This document shows positions 19,005 through 27,539 of a stretch of 64,000 nt of DNA, one piece after another. The translations under genes were made by a program, and so were the position numbers. Every line of letters starts with the position of its first letter. Position 1 is the stretch's first letter. The stretch comes from a virus (Duplodnaviria > Caudoviricetes): positions 1-64,000 of IMG/VR virus record IMGVR_UViG_3300046528_000065. One strand, written 5' to 3'. A model generated the notes under the pieces. That model had not been told where the DNA came from, made no database searches, and saw only the letters and a list, made by a program, of their open reading frames with translations.

Positions 19005-19979
19005 ATGGATAAGAACACACAGCCGCGCGAACAGGCGGGAATCGGCATCGACAAGCTGATTGCGAAACTGGAATTGATCGCACAGGTTATTGATGGTGAA
19101 TATTTGCCGAATACCGCAAATGCGTTGCGCGGTATTGCTGCCGATCTCACCCAGCAAGCCGCGCCCGAAGCACCTAAGAAGATGTACGGCACCATCGGCC
19201 ATACTCGCATCCCCGGCATGTCGCCCATTGGCGATGTGTTCGCTGCTGCCCCAGTAGACGCGCAAGCGGATACAACCACGGCAAGCGCGAGCGGGGAGCC
19301 TGTTATGGCCGATGGAAAAACCAAGCTTTCGGACTATCTGGAGGATGCCGCGCCCGAGACGATGGAAATGGATGACTGGACCAAGGGCTATGAGGAATGC
19401 AGACGGCGCTTATTCAAGATCGTCGGCTACCAGCTCCGCGCCCCGGCACAGCAGACGGAACGGATGCAACCCAGCCGTAATGCTGCACCGCTGGACGATG
19501 ACGCATTCGAAGAAGCTGCGCGAGAGGCGGGCTTGAACCCGGCGCGCATCGGCGGCGTGTTTGCCGATCCTGTAGTTGCCAAAGCCTATAAGGTGTGGCG
19601 CGCAGCTCTTACCCAACAAAGCGCAGCCCAGGCGCCGACAGAAGCGCAAGAGGATATTCGTGTCGCGCGCCATTGCGTCTTCAACCTCAAGGAATTCCGC
19701 GCAGGCCGCTCGATCTTCCCTGGCGAGGCACTGGGCATCCTTGAAAGCGCACTTGACCGTCTCGCAGCCCAGGCAGCGCATGCTGGCGCGGATACCGAGC
19801 GCCTGGACTGGTTCGACCAGAACATCTTTCACCGCGAGATGGACGACTTCGACAGCTGCCTGTACCGCAATCATTCTATGTGGGTGCTGTTTGCCCCGAA
19901 GGGCACGCAAGGAACCGCACGCCGAATTATCGACGCAGCCCTGGCCGCAACCGAAAAGAAGGAGCCTCGCAATGGCTGA
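19005..19979 (+). CDS. mosaic hypothetical protein of temperate-phage type (GC-rich)
   Basis: 324 aa; DTERLDW motif; Ala/Gln linkers. Confidence 0.75.
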   Translation: MDKNTQPREQAGIGIDKLIAKLELIAQVIDGEYLPNTANALRGIAADLTQQAAPEAPKKMYGTIGHTRIPGMSPIGDVFAAAPVDAQADTTTASASGEPVMADGKTKLSDYLEDAAPETMEMDDWTKGYEECRRRLFKIVGYQLRAPAQQTERMQPSRNAAPLDDDAFEEAAREAGLNPARIGGVFADPVVAKAYKVWRAALTQQSAAQAPTEAQEDIRVARHCVFNLKEFRAGRSIFPGEALGILESALDRLAAQAAHAGADTERLDWFDQNIFHREMDDFDSCLYRNHSMWVLFAPKGTQGTARRIIDAALAATEKKEPRNG

Positions 19980-20454
19980 ACTGAACCTGGAAGCCGAGCG
20001 CGAAAATTACAGCGCATTCAAAGCATGGTGGACGGACCGGATCGCAGATGGCGATAACTCGATGCATGCCGAGGTGTTTGCGTATGAAATCTGGCAAGCC
20101 GCTCGCGCGGCGACTGGAGCAGCGCAACTGGATGCCGACAACCTGCCGCTGCCCGACTACGAGTTGGTGACGATAACCGCCGATATGGTCGGCTCGCAGT
20201 TGGCAGTCTATCGGGATGAACAGGTGCGCAAATTCGTCGCCCCGTATGCCGAGCGTATCCGCCAGATGAAAGATGCCTTCGATGCCGCTGTATCGCTCGC
20301 TGGAGACACCATCAACGCCAGGAATGCCGAAGTTGCCGAGCAGGCCGAGCGTATCCGTCACCTGGAGCGCGAGAATGGCTTACTGTTACTGGTCGTTGAG
20401 CAGTTGAAAGCTCGCCTTGCGTCAGCCGATGCATTCATCGAAAGCAGGACATGA
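19972..20454 (+). CDS. hypothetical coiled-coil protein (GC-rich)
   Basis: Start moved to MAELNLEAER after AAGGAG. Confidence 0.7.
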   Translation: MAELNLEAERENYSAFKAWWTDRIADGDNSMHAEVFAYEIWQAARAATGAAQLDADNLPLPDYELVTITADMVGSQLAVYRDEQVRKFVAPYAERIRQMKDAFDAAVSLAGDTINARNAEVAEQAERIRHLERENGLLLLVVEQLKARLASADAFIESRT

Positions 20455-20466
20455 CAGGAGCACAGC

Positions 20467-20667
20467 ATGGACAACCTAACATACATCCCAATTTGCAGCA
20501 CGCCTGAAAAGCCGTGCGACTACGCTGAATGCGACCTGTACCACCCTGCGAAGCTGCCAAGTGGCGAAGTTGTATGGGCCGATTGTTGCAGGACACGCGG
20601 CATCACCGATCCTACAAAGATAGATGAGCACTTGAGAAATCACCCGCGCATCGACAGGAGGAAATGA
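20467..20667 (+). CDS. small Cys-rich protein
   Basis: ORF track; AGGAG RBS. Confidence 0.6.
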   Translation: MDNLTYIPICSTPEKPCDYAECDLYHPAKLPSGEVVWADCCRTRGITDPTKIDEHLRNHPRIDRRK

Positions 20668-20671
20668 CGCC

Positions 20672-20926
20672 ATGCGCAAATATATCTGGATTGCCTTGGG
20701 CGTGGGCCTGCTGTACCTGACAGTGATTATGCCATATTGGCCTTTCGTTCTGTTTTACACTGGGGTCATCTGGCTTACCTGCCCACACTATAATTTTCTG
20801 AGTGCGTATTGTGGAGAGATTACAGCAGGGTTTGTCCTGTCGCGTATCGCACAAGTTTTATTCATAACTGCCCTAGCGCATTTGCTGTGGCAACTAATAA
20901 CCAAGAAAGGGAATAGAAATGAATGA
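20672..20926 (+). CDS. membrane protein
   Basis: Hydrophobic helices; AGGAGG RBS. Confidence 0.7.
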   Translation: MRKYIWIALGVGLLYLTVIMPYWPFVLFYTGVIWLTCPHYNFLSAYCGEITAGFVLSRIAQVLFITALAHLLWQLITKKGNRNE

Positions 20927-21137
20927 AGGAAACTCAAAACGAATCACCTTGTCCGTACGTATGGCGGTCTCCGTAACGGTCGATGCTCAGATCGTTGATG
21001 GCGAGGTTGCTGTTGTCAAGGTCGTGCGGATCAATGGCCTGCCCAGCGCTCGAGAAGTGATGGAGGCGCTAGATGCTGATGAGGGACTGGCTGAGCTGGA
21101 TGACGTATTCGAAAACGAGCCGGGAGAATCACAATGA
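20919..21137 (+). CDS. hypothetical protein
   Basis: ORF track; packed. Confidence 0.65.
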   Translation: MNEGNSKRITLSVRMAVSVTVDAQIVDGEVAVVKVVRINGLPSAREVMEALDADEGLAELDDVFENEPGESQ

Positions 21138-21526
21138 CCCCCACTCCCACTGCCGATCTGCCCAACTTCCGCCTGCTCATGCGCGAGGTGCAGCTAGGCG
21201 ACATGACGCCAGAAGGGGCAGCGGCTGCGATTGACGAGTATATCCGCCAGGAAGTGGCTCGACGTATTCTGCAAGGCCTTGACGTTGAGCTTGCACTTCA
21301 CCCGCTCGGAATCGTGCAAGACTGCGCTGACAGGGCCAATCATAACCAAGCAAGGCTTTCAGATAGGATGGTGGCCACGTTGTTGAGAGAGTATGCAATG
21401 CTGCGACGACGTATGGCTGATGATAGACTGCGCGCCATGGTAGAATTCGCTTATGTGCCGATGCCAGCAAAGAACGCTGAGCAGCAATTGCTGGACAAAT
21501 TGCGCTTGATTAGCCAGGGTGGGTGA
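21134..21526 (+). CDS. hypothetical protein
   Basis: ORF track; ATGA overlap. Confidence 0.7.
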   Translation: MTPTPTADLPNFRLLMREVQLGDMTPEGAAAAIDEYIRQEVARRILQGLDVELALHPLGIVQDCADRANHNQARLSDRMVATLLREYAMLRRRMADDRLRAMVEFAYVPMPAKNAEQQLLDKLRLISQGG

Positions 21527-21550
21527 GCCTATCCTCAAGGGACAGGCCGA

Positions 21551-21585
21551 GGCCGGGGGCGTAACAGCTTTCCGGCTTTTCTTTT
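21551..21585 (+). terminator. intrinsic terminator
   Basis: GGCCGGGGGC/GCTTTCCGGCT stem followed by a T tract. Confidence 0.65.
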
Positions 21586-21628
21586 ATACAGTGTCACAAC
21601 AATCCTCATAAAATTCTTACGCCCGCTA

Positions 21629-21657
21629 TTGACAGCCTCTCCGCGCTGGGCTACTAT
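21629..21657 (+). promoter_or_regulatory. sigma70-like promoter
   Basis: TTGACA-N17-TACTAT. Confidence 0.75.
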
Positions 21658-21691
21658 GAATACGTCGAAACAAACACAACAGGAGAGCAGA

Positions 21692-21892
21692 ATGAAACTC
21701 GAAGATATTGACTTGCTGAAGAAGAAACTCCAGGATCATCTCGCAACTGTCGGCAAAGAGCGTGACAAGATTGACGAGACACTGGATGAACTTAACTCCC
21801 TCAAGAATGACTGTGAAGATGCAGAGGAAAGTATCTTCGATGCTATCAGGGCGCTAGATGATGCCCGCGATGCTCTTAGCAGACTAGTGTGA
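21692..21892 (+). CDS. acidic coiled-coil protein
   Basis: Start MKLEDIDLL after AGGAG. Confidence 0.75.
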   Translation: MKLEDIDLLKKKLQDHLATVGKERDKIDETLDELNSLKNDCEDAEESIFDAIRALDDARDALSRLV

Positions 21893-21925
21893 GGGCTAAC
21901 ATGAACAAACAAACAGGAGAATGAG

Positions 21926-22276
21926 ATGACGAGCAAAGAACTCTACGCTACATTGGAAGCTGCCGGTTGGATGTTTGGCAGCAGCCTGAGCGACACAGGC
22001 GTGTCATGGTATGCCTACCGTAGGCTTATTGGTGGGAAGAATTGCATCTGCAATGATAAACCACCATCGCTCACGATTCAGCCGCACGACCAAACATTTG
22101 GGGAGCACAACTTTAAGTCTGTCACATTCGAGATTCGTGGAGAAATTGAAGGTGGTCGGTGGATTGACTTCAGTGTCTACGGAATCAAGTATGACGAGGT
22201 GATTACAGAAATCCCACGTTGCACGGCTGTGTTGCTCGCTGCATGGAATGCTGTGGCTAGCGGAGATGTGGAATGA
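21926..22276 (+). CDS. hypothetical protein
   Basis: ORF track; AGGAG RBS. Confidence 0.75.
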   Translation: MTSKELYATLEAAGWMFGSSLSDTGVSWYAYRRLIGGKNCICNDKPPSLTIQPHDQTFGEHNFKSVTFEIRGEIEGGRWIDFSVYGIKYDEVITEIPRCTAVLLAAWNAVASGDVE

Positions 22277-22322
22277 AAACAAACAGGCTGAACGTGAGTG
22301 AAGCCAAACACAGGAGAATAGA

Positions 22323-22661
22323 ATGAGCATCGATGAAATTTTGAAGTCCCTGAACATGGTAAAGGGCAGCACGGCGATCCGCCAAGTCGGCACGGAGTTC
22401 TGCTCCAACCGTGGATACTACGAGCACCTGTCTATGGCTCCTGCCAACGATGAAATGCCTGTCAAAGAGTTTATGGCTGTCCTTAAGGCACAGATCGGGA
22501 AGACGTACTACGGGTACAAGGGTGGAGAATTCACAATGGCCGGACATACGCAACTGTTCATTGCAAACTACGGCTCATGCGGTAAGATGGTGAGGGGCGT
22601 TGGTATTGACGAGGAGGGCGCGTTCCTCCTTCTGGCAGATAGAGACTTCAATGGTCTTTGA
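22323..22661 (+). CDS. conserved phage hypothetical protein
   Basis: IGKTYYGYKGGEFTM...LFIANYG. Confidence 0.8.
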   Translation: MSIDEILKSLNMVKGSTAIRQVGTEFCSNRGYYEHLSMAPANDEMPVKEFMAVLKAQIGKTYYGYKGGEFTMAGHTQLFIANYGSCGKMVRGVGIDEEGAFLLLADRDFNGL

Positions 22662-22676
22662 GTACGGGAGCCAAGA

Positions 22677-22937
22677 ATGAACACCTCAACCGAAACAGCC
22701 CTCACAATCGCCTCCTGGTTAATTTTCCCAGCAGCCCTTCTCACAATTGGCTACATGCTCTACGCGGAATGGAAGGCCCGCAGTAGTCCTCGCAAGAGAG
22801 CTTTCAAGGCTGGGCGGAAGGCTAGGAAGAAGGGGCTGAGCGTGGTGTCGAACCCGTTCCCCATAGGCAGCGTGCTAGGGGAAGCCTGGAGGCATGGGTG
22901 GATGTCGATTGATGATGAAATTAATGGGGAGGGATGA
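22677..22937 (+). CDS. membrane-anchored Rmf-like protein
   Basis: N-terminal TM, then AFKAGRKA...NPF...AWRHGW. Confidence 0.6.
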   Translation: MNTSTETALTIASWLIFPAALLTIGYMLYAEWKARSSPRKRAFKAGRKARKKGLSVVSNPFPIGSVLGEAWRHGWMSIDDEINGEG

Positions 22938-23371
22938 TGAACATAGTGGCTAACGCAGAACAACTCGCCCACAAATGGCACAGAGGCCAGAAATACGGCA
23001 ACCAGCCCTACACGGAACACTTGAAGGCTGTCGTGGCGAGTGTTGAAGATAAATATGCAGCATCTGGAAAGGTAGCCTCCGACGTTGTGATTGCCGTGGC
23101 GATTTTGCACGATGTGCTAGAGGACACAGCATGCACTCAGCAAGAAATTATCGAGTGCACCAGCATTTATGTGGCGTCATGCGTCCTGGCCCTCACGAAG
23201 AACAAAGGTGAGTCTTACGAGAACTACATCCTCAAGGTGAAAATCTACCCGGAATCGCTTGAGGTGAAAACACATGATACACTTTGCAATTTGACAGCAA
23301 GCGTCATGTCGGGCGAGAATGGCAGGATTCGTAAGTATGCTAAACAGCTTCTACTTCTTACGGAACGCTAA
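22934..23371 (+). CDS. HD-domain hydrolase, (p)ppGpp-hydrolase (HD_4/Mesh1-like) type
   Basis: AH..HRGQKYG..PY..HL..V; AILHDVLEDT; LTK; VK.HD...NL. Confidence 0.8.
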   Translation: MMNIVANAEQLAHKWHRGQKYGNQPYTEHLKAVVASVEDKYAASGKVASDVVIAVAILHDVLEDTACTQQEIIECTSIYVASCVLALTKNKGESYENYILKVKIYPESLEVKTHDTLCNLTASVMSGENGRIRKYAKQLLLLTER

Positions 23372-23379
23372 AATTCTTA

Positions 23380-23408
23380 TTGACAAGCGGCTCGGCAGGG
23401 CTTATTCT
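23380..23408 (+). promoter_or_regulatory. sigma70-like promoter
   Basis: TTGACA-N17-TATTCT. Confidence 0.7.
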
Positions 23409-23799
23409 GAACATGTCAACAAACAAAAGGAGAATGGAAATGAAACGTACTAGCAAGCCTGAGTACACCGATGAAGACGAACTGTCTGTGCCCTCATTAA
23501 CACCAGATGAGCGTAAATGGATCGAAGCCGCTGCCAAACTTTTCGACAAGATGCCTGAGCGTCTACAGTTGATGGAGGGTGGTGACAGCGTTTCAGTGGT
23601 AGATGCAGCAGGAGCGAAACTCTCGAATTGTGCCGATGGCGATGCTCGGCGCGACGGGATAGTATTGGCTGATCTGCCGTCCGCAATGTTCAAAGTTTTC
23701 GGTGTATCTTGCTAATCACCTCAACAAAGGCCCAAAATGAAAATCATAGGAGCGAAGCGAGTATGAACATGTCAACAAACAAAAGGGGAATGGAAATGA
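23408..23799 (+). repeat. 36-bp direct repeat pair covering leader, RBS and start
   Basis: TGAACATGTCAACAAACAAAAGG(A/G)GAATGGAAATGA at 23408-23443 and 23764-23799; one mismatch. Confidence 0.9.
23434..23715 (+). CDS. hypothetical protein
   Basis: Start moved after AGGAG. Confidence 0.7.
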   Translation: MEMKRTSKPEYTDEDELSVPSLTPDERKWIEAAAKLFDKMPERLQLMEGGDSVSVVDAAGAKLSNCADGDARRDGIVLADLPSAMFKVFGVSC

Positions 23800-24104
23800 G
23801 CGAACAAGATGATCGTTTTCAGCAGCGGCACAAACGTATGGTGGAGAAAGCCTTGAATGCGAGTGTTACTAGTCAGCCAAAAACTGCGGTGTATACTTTC
23901 GGCATCCCTGAAGGTGAAATGACATCAGAGCAGATAGGCCGCGCGGTTTCCGTCTACGACTATTTTGACGAGCCATTCGATTCCCATCCTGATGACGTTG
24001 CTGAAGTCTATGCAGCAATGGAGCGCTATGTGCAGACTGGTGAACTACCTTGGGCTGCGGTAGTAGACCCCACCTTGCACACTGTCGAAAAGGCGAAGCA
24101 ATGA
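23796..24104 (+). CDS. hypothetical protein
   Basis: Start MSEQDDRF after the repeated leader. Confidence 0.7.
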   Translation: MSEQDDRFQQRHKRMVEKALNASVTSQPKTAVYTFGIPEGEMTSEQIGRAVSVYDYFDEPFDSHPDDVAEVYAAMERYVQTGELPWAAVVDPTLHTVEKAKQ

Positions 24105-24460
24105 GCGAACAAGATAAGCTGTACGGTGCGATTGTGAATATCCGGTGTGATGCTTCTAAATACAGTGACGTAGATGCACGCATTGCCTACAAAGAAGGTC
24201 ATCGAGATGCACGACATGCTGCCGCTGATTTGGTTAGGGAGTTTTCCTCACAGGATGGTGTGAGTAGCCAGTACATCCCTAACAACTTCACCACGCACCG
24301 CTCTGCATGGCGTGACGCTATCACTGAATGTATCAATGTCGAAACAGCCAAGGGTAATCATGACCAAGCTGCGTACTGGGAGCACGAGCTTGCAGCATAC
24401 GACCGCTCATTTGCACGGCTGCTGGACAATCCTGAGCCAAACAACAAAGGACTGAAATGA
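24101..24460 (+). CDS. hypothetical protein
   Basis: Start MSEQDKLYG; YKEGHRDARHAAA motif. Confidence 0.75.
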   Translation: MSEQDKLYGAIVNIRCDASKYSDVDARIAYKEGHRDARHAAADLVREFSSQDGVSSQYIPNNFTTHRSAWRDAITECINVETAKGNHDQAAYWEHELAAYDRSFARLLDNPEPNNKGLK

Positions 24461-24735
24461 AAATGAGTGAACAAGATAAGCTGGTTGGTGTAGCAAGCTT
24501 TATGCCTGGAACGGATGGCTTCACTATGGTGTGCTTCAACGCTTCGGATGTCCCTCCAGGTGCGAAAGTGTATGCTGCCGGTGTAATTGACGAGATTTGG
24601 AATCAGGCACTGGAGGAAGCGGCGAAAGTCTGCGAGGACAGGCTTGATCCGTCGCGTAGCTGGACAACATCAGGTGCATCGAATTGGCACGCAAATACCA
24701 TACGTTCTCTCAAACGTAACAAAGGCCCAAAATGA
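24457..24735 (+). CDS. hypothetical protein
   Basis: WNQALEEAAKVC...ANTIRSLK module typical of mosaic phage proteins. Confidence 0.7.
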   Translation: MKMSEQDKLVGVASFMPGTDGFTMVCFNASDVPPGAKVYAAGVIDEIWNQALEEAAKVCEDRLDPSRSWTTSGASNWHANTIRSLKRNKGPK

Positions 24736-24938
24736 ACATAACAGAAGAAATCATGCAAGACATACGTGACGGCTTGGCAAACGCAATTGTCTGCTCGGCT
24801 AAGCTTGGCAGCACTAACGAGAAAGAGCATGCTGTCGTGAATATTCAGAGCCTTGCCAATCACCTCTCCAAAGCAAGTGAGCGGGCACAGCAGCTCTATG
24901 GTATTATGTACAAGGAATGGCAGGAGGGATTGGGATGA
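24732..24938 (+). CDS. hypothetical protein
   Basis: ORF track; ATGA overlaps. Confidence 0.65.
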   Translation: MNITEEIMQDIRDGLANAIVCSAKLGSTNEKEHAVVNIQSLANHLSKASERAQQLYGIMYKEWQEGLG

Positions 24939-25093
24939 TTGATACTGGCACGCTAATCTGTGCAATCGAAGCCGCTACAGAAACGATTGAGATTGACCGT
25001 TACGGAAATAAAGTGGAAATTAATGTGGTGAATGCGGCTAAGCTTGTCGAGGAACTGTACAGGATTAAATACAATCAGGAGAGGTTTGAATGA
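24935..25093 (+). CDS. hypothetical protein (52 aa)
   Basis: Hand translation MIDTGTLICAIEAATETIEID...; ATGA overlaps at both ends. Confidence 0.6.
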   Translation: MIDTGTLICAIEAATETIEIDRYGNKVEINVVNAAKLVEELYRIKYNQERFE

Positions 25094-25290
25094 TTACACG
25101 CAAACAAGCCGACAATATTATTGGGATGAACGCACAAACTGTAAACACGGATTTTAGCGGTGACGCTACCCAACAGTTGCTAGAGGAAATCAAGGCACAC
25201 GCTGAACGAGGTATCAACTGGCCCGGACACAGCACGTTCCACATTGAACGTATCGTACAAATTCTGAAAGATGCAAAGGTGATTGAATGA
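25090..25290 (+). CDS. hypothetical protein
   Basis: Starts MITRKQADNI. Confidence 0.7.
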   Translation: MITRKQADNIIGMNAQTVNTDFSGDATQQLLEEIKAHAERGINWPGHSTFHIERIVQILKDAKVIE

Positions 25291-25475
25291 TTACACGCAA
25301 ACAAGCTGACAACATCATGTGGCTCGCCTCGCAATGGGCCTCTGCACAGAGCTTAGCTGACGCCTATAAATTCAATTTGGAGGCTCCTCCTGGCGAATAT
25401 GTCATTGCGACGGAAGCTGCTGCGAAGGCGTTTGATATGTTTAGGGATGCGCTAAATAAAGTGACGGAGGGGTGA
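25287..25475 (+). CDS. hypothetical protein
   Basis: Starts MITRKQADNI. Confidence 0.7.
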   Translation: MITRKQADNIMWLASQWASAQSLADAYKFNLEAPPGEYVIATEAAAKAFDMFRDALNKVTEG

Positions 25476-25476
25476 T

Positions 25477-25776
25477 ATGACATCAGTTGGACACGGTGGC
25501 GGTGGAGGGCATTCATCAGCAGGGCACTCATCAGCGCATAGCGCAGCACACGGGAGCGTTTCAACACACTCAATTCCCTTTTCAGGCGTGCATGGCTCTG
25601 TTCCCGCACAACAGGCGAATGTCTCCTCTGAACAGCAGATCGAGCAGCATGTTCATAAATGGCCTAGTTGGGTAGGCGGGACAGTGTTTTGTTTGATGCT
25701 GGTGTTGATTCTTGTGCTGCTGTATAACGTGCTGTTTGGGGACTGGGAGAAAGGGAATGACAATGCCACACATTAA
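25477..25776 (+). CDS. Gly/His/Ser-rich membrane protein
   Basis: GHGGGGGHSSAGHSSAHS N-terminus; C-terminal TM. Confidence 0.7.
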   Translation: MTSVGHGGGGGHSSAGHSSAHSAAHGSVSTHSIPFSGVHGSVPAQQANVSSEQQIEQHVHKWPSWVGGTVFCLMLVLILVLLYNVLFGDWEKGNDNATH

Positions 25777-25900
25777 ACTCACATGCCGGGGATGGGCTGT
25801 CTATCACAGCAAAGATCATTCCTCGTACGGCTTGCCTGTTGTCGTGAGGGAGAATGTTGGGAATGCTTGGGTTGCGTATGTTAGGTATATGGAGGGGTGA
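25757..25900 (+). CDS. hypothetical protein
   Basis: Start moved to MTMPHIK; ends in the junction repeat. Confidence 0.55.
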   Translation: MTMPHIKLTCRGWAVYHSKDHSSYGLPVVVRENVGNAWVAYVRYMEG

Positions 25901-25901
25901 T

Positions 25902-26510
25902 ATGAAGCGGACAGAAGCTGAGTCGAAGGACCTGAGCAGGCGGTTTACGGAGAACAATAAACGCCTTGCTGCTATAATCAACCCCCTGAGCACCGCCAAA
26001 TACGAAGCAGACTTTGATTGGCGAGGAATCACCAGGGCGCTGGACGGATGGGCAAAAGACTACGGTGGTATGGAACTCAATCCAGACTTTCAACGTGGGC
26101 ACGTCTGGACAGCCGAGCAGCAGCAACACTACATTGAGAATGTCTTACGTGGTGTTGTCAGCAGCAGCGGCTTTGTCTTGCAATTCAATTGCCCAAATTG
26201 GGACAGCGACAAGGTTGTGGCCGATTTGCCAAAAGGGTTCCAGTGTATCGACGGCCTACAGCGTCTTACGGCTGTGCAGGAATTCTTGGAAGGAAATGTA
26301 AAACCTTTCGGGCTGTCTCCGAGTGATTTGGATATTAGCTCGTTTTCTATGCGAGGGTCTACCTTTCGATTCAGGGTTGCAGTGCACACGTTCAGCCGCA
26401 GAGAAGACTTGTTGAGCCACTATCTTGCACTGAACACTGGTGGCACTCCTCACAGCAAAGAGGAAATTGAACGTGTTAAGGCGCTGTTGAACAGTGTGAA
26501 GGAGGGGTGA
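25902..26510 (+). CDS. DUF262 (ParB/Srx-like, GmrSD N-terminal type) domain protein
   Basis: LNPDFQRGHVW; IDGLQRLTA; LNTGGTP. Confidence 0.85.
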   Translation: MKRTEAESKDLSRRFTENNKRLAAIINPLSTAKYEADFDWRGITRALDGWAKDYGGMELNPDFQRGHVWTAEQQQHYIENVLRGVVSSSGFVLQFNCPNWDSDKVVADLPKGFQCIDGLQRLTAVQEFLEGNVKPFGLSPSDLDISSFSMRGSTFRFRVAVHTFSRREDLLSHYLALNTGGTPHSKEEIERVKALLNSVKEG

Positions 26511-26511
26511 T

Positions 26512-26766
26512 ATGAAACTGAATTGGAAATCTGCTGAGACAAGGGCACGCTTTAAGGAAGCCATCTGGGTAATTGCTGGCAGAATGCCTTCCGCCATCTT
26601 GGTAGATGCCTATCTCGATTCGGACAGTGTTAGTCTACAGGAATTCTGTATCGAGTACATGCCCGCAACTTGGATGACAGGTATTGGAATAATCGACGCT
26701 GCTTACTTGCTGGTGGATGAGGCGTTTGCCAATGCTAACATTGACGAGGAAGGGAATATTCGGTGA
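26512..26766 (+). CDS. hypothetical protein
   Basis: Starts in the junction repeat. Confidence 0.7.
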   Translation: MKLNWKSAETRARFKEAIWVIAGRMPSAILVDAYLDSDSVSLQEFCIEYMPATWMTGIGIIDAAYLLVDEAFANANIDEEGNIR

Positions 26767-26936
26767 TGAATTTAGACTACGAACCGATAACGGAATACCT
26801 AATGTTTCCTGGTGATTTTGGGAGGGATGAATTAGAACAAACTGTCTTGCTACTAGCGGAGCGTATGAAAGTTTCGATTGTGCGAACAAACAATAACAAG
26901 CATCAGCGAATGCAGGTTGAACTAGTGGAGGACTAG
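26766..26936 (+). CDS. hypothetical protein (56 aa)
   Basis: Hand translation MNLDYEPITEYLMFPGDFG...; TGATG coupling. Confidence 0.55.
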   Translation: MNLDYEPITEYLMFPGDFGRDELEQTVLLLAERMKVSIVRTNNNKHQRMQVELVED

Positions 26937-26969
26937 AGGGAGGGCCTGAGAGGGTTCCTCCCTCTTTTT
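26935..26969 (+). terminator. intrinsic terminator
   Basis: AGAGGGAGG...CCTCCCTCT followed by TTTT. Confidence 0.75.
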
Positions 26970-27455
26970 GCATTCTGAAGCGAGAAGTTGTGCAAACTTA
27001 CACCGAATACAGCGCAATGCTGTTAAGGGGCGGGCACGAGTTGAATTTGGAAATGGCCGATAATTTCTAGGATTTATTTCGTTGGTGAGCGGCTGCTATA
27101 GAGCCTGTGGCATCAACGAGGGGGTGGTCGCTGCGCTGCCCTACAATTCTACTGCGAGAATTTCTCCAACTCGCTCGCAATCCTGGCGACCCTCTACTAA
27201 TGGCACGGGCGCGTTTTCTCCCAGAAATAGGCAGGCGTGATGGGGAGTTGGCCGGTTATCAGGGAAGCACATAGCTGCTATCGCTTGGGCGTACATCGCC
27301 TGCCTTGGTGCCTTTCGGCCCTGGTAGCTCACCCTGGAGGGCATGCCGTGCTCTATATAAGAATGTCTAGCGTTCTTGTCTCCCTTGTGTATGTCCCACT
27401 GTAGCGACGCACCGAACAGGAAGCGAGCGCACATCTGTAAAGTTTGCGAAAGTGC

Positions 27456-27484
27456 TTGATAATCCTTTTGAGTGCTGGCACAAT
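27456..27484 (+). promoter_or_regulatory. sigma70-like promoter
   Basis: TTGATA-N17-CACAAT. Confidence 0.55.
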
Positions 27485-27539
27485 GCTTCTCATGGACGGA
27501 GCACGTAGCGCCGTTAAGACACCTCACCAGGAGCTAGAC

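Larger units (their letters stand above)
25466..26515 (+). repeat. three exact 15-bp repeats at gene junctions
   Basis: GGAGGGGTGATATGA at 25466-25480, 25891-25905 and 26501-26515. Confidence 0.9.

Noticed and set aside
27141-27527. Minus-strand 128-aa ORF in the early block
   Set aside because: It overlaps a plus-strand promoter and has no clear RBS or motif; a shorter real ORF cannot be excluded.
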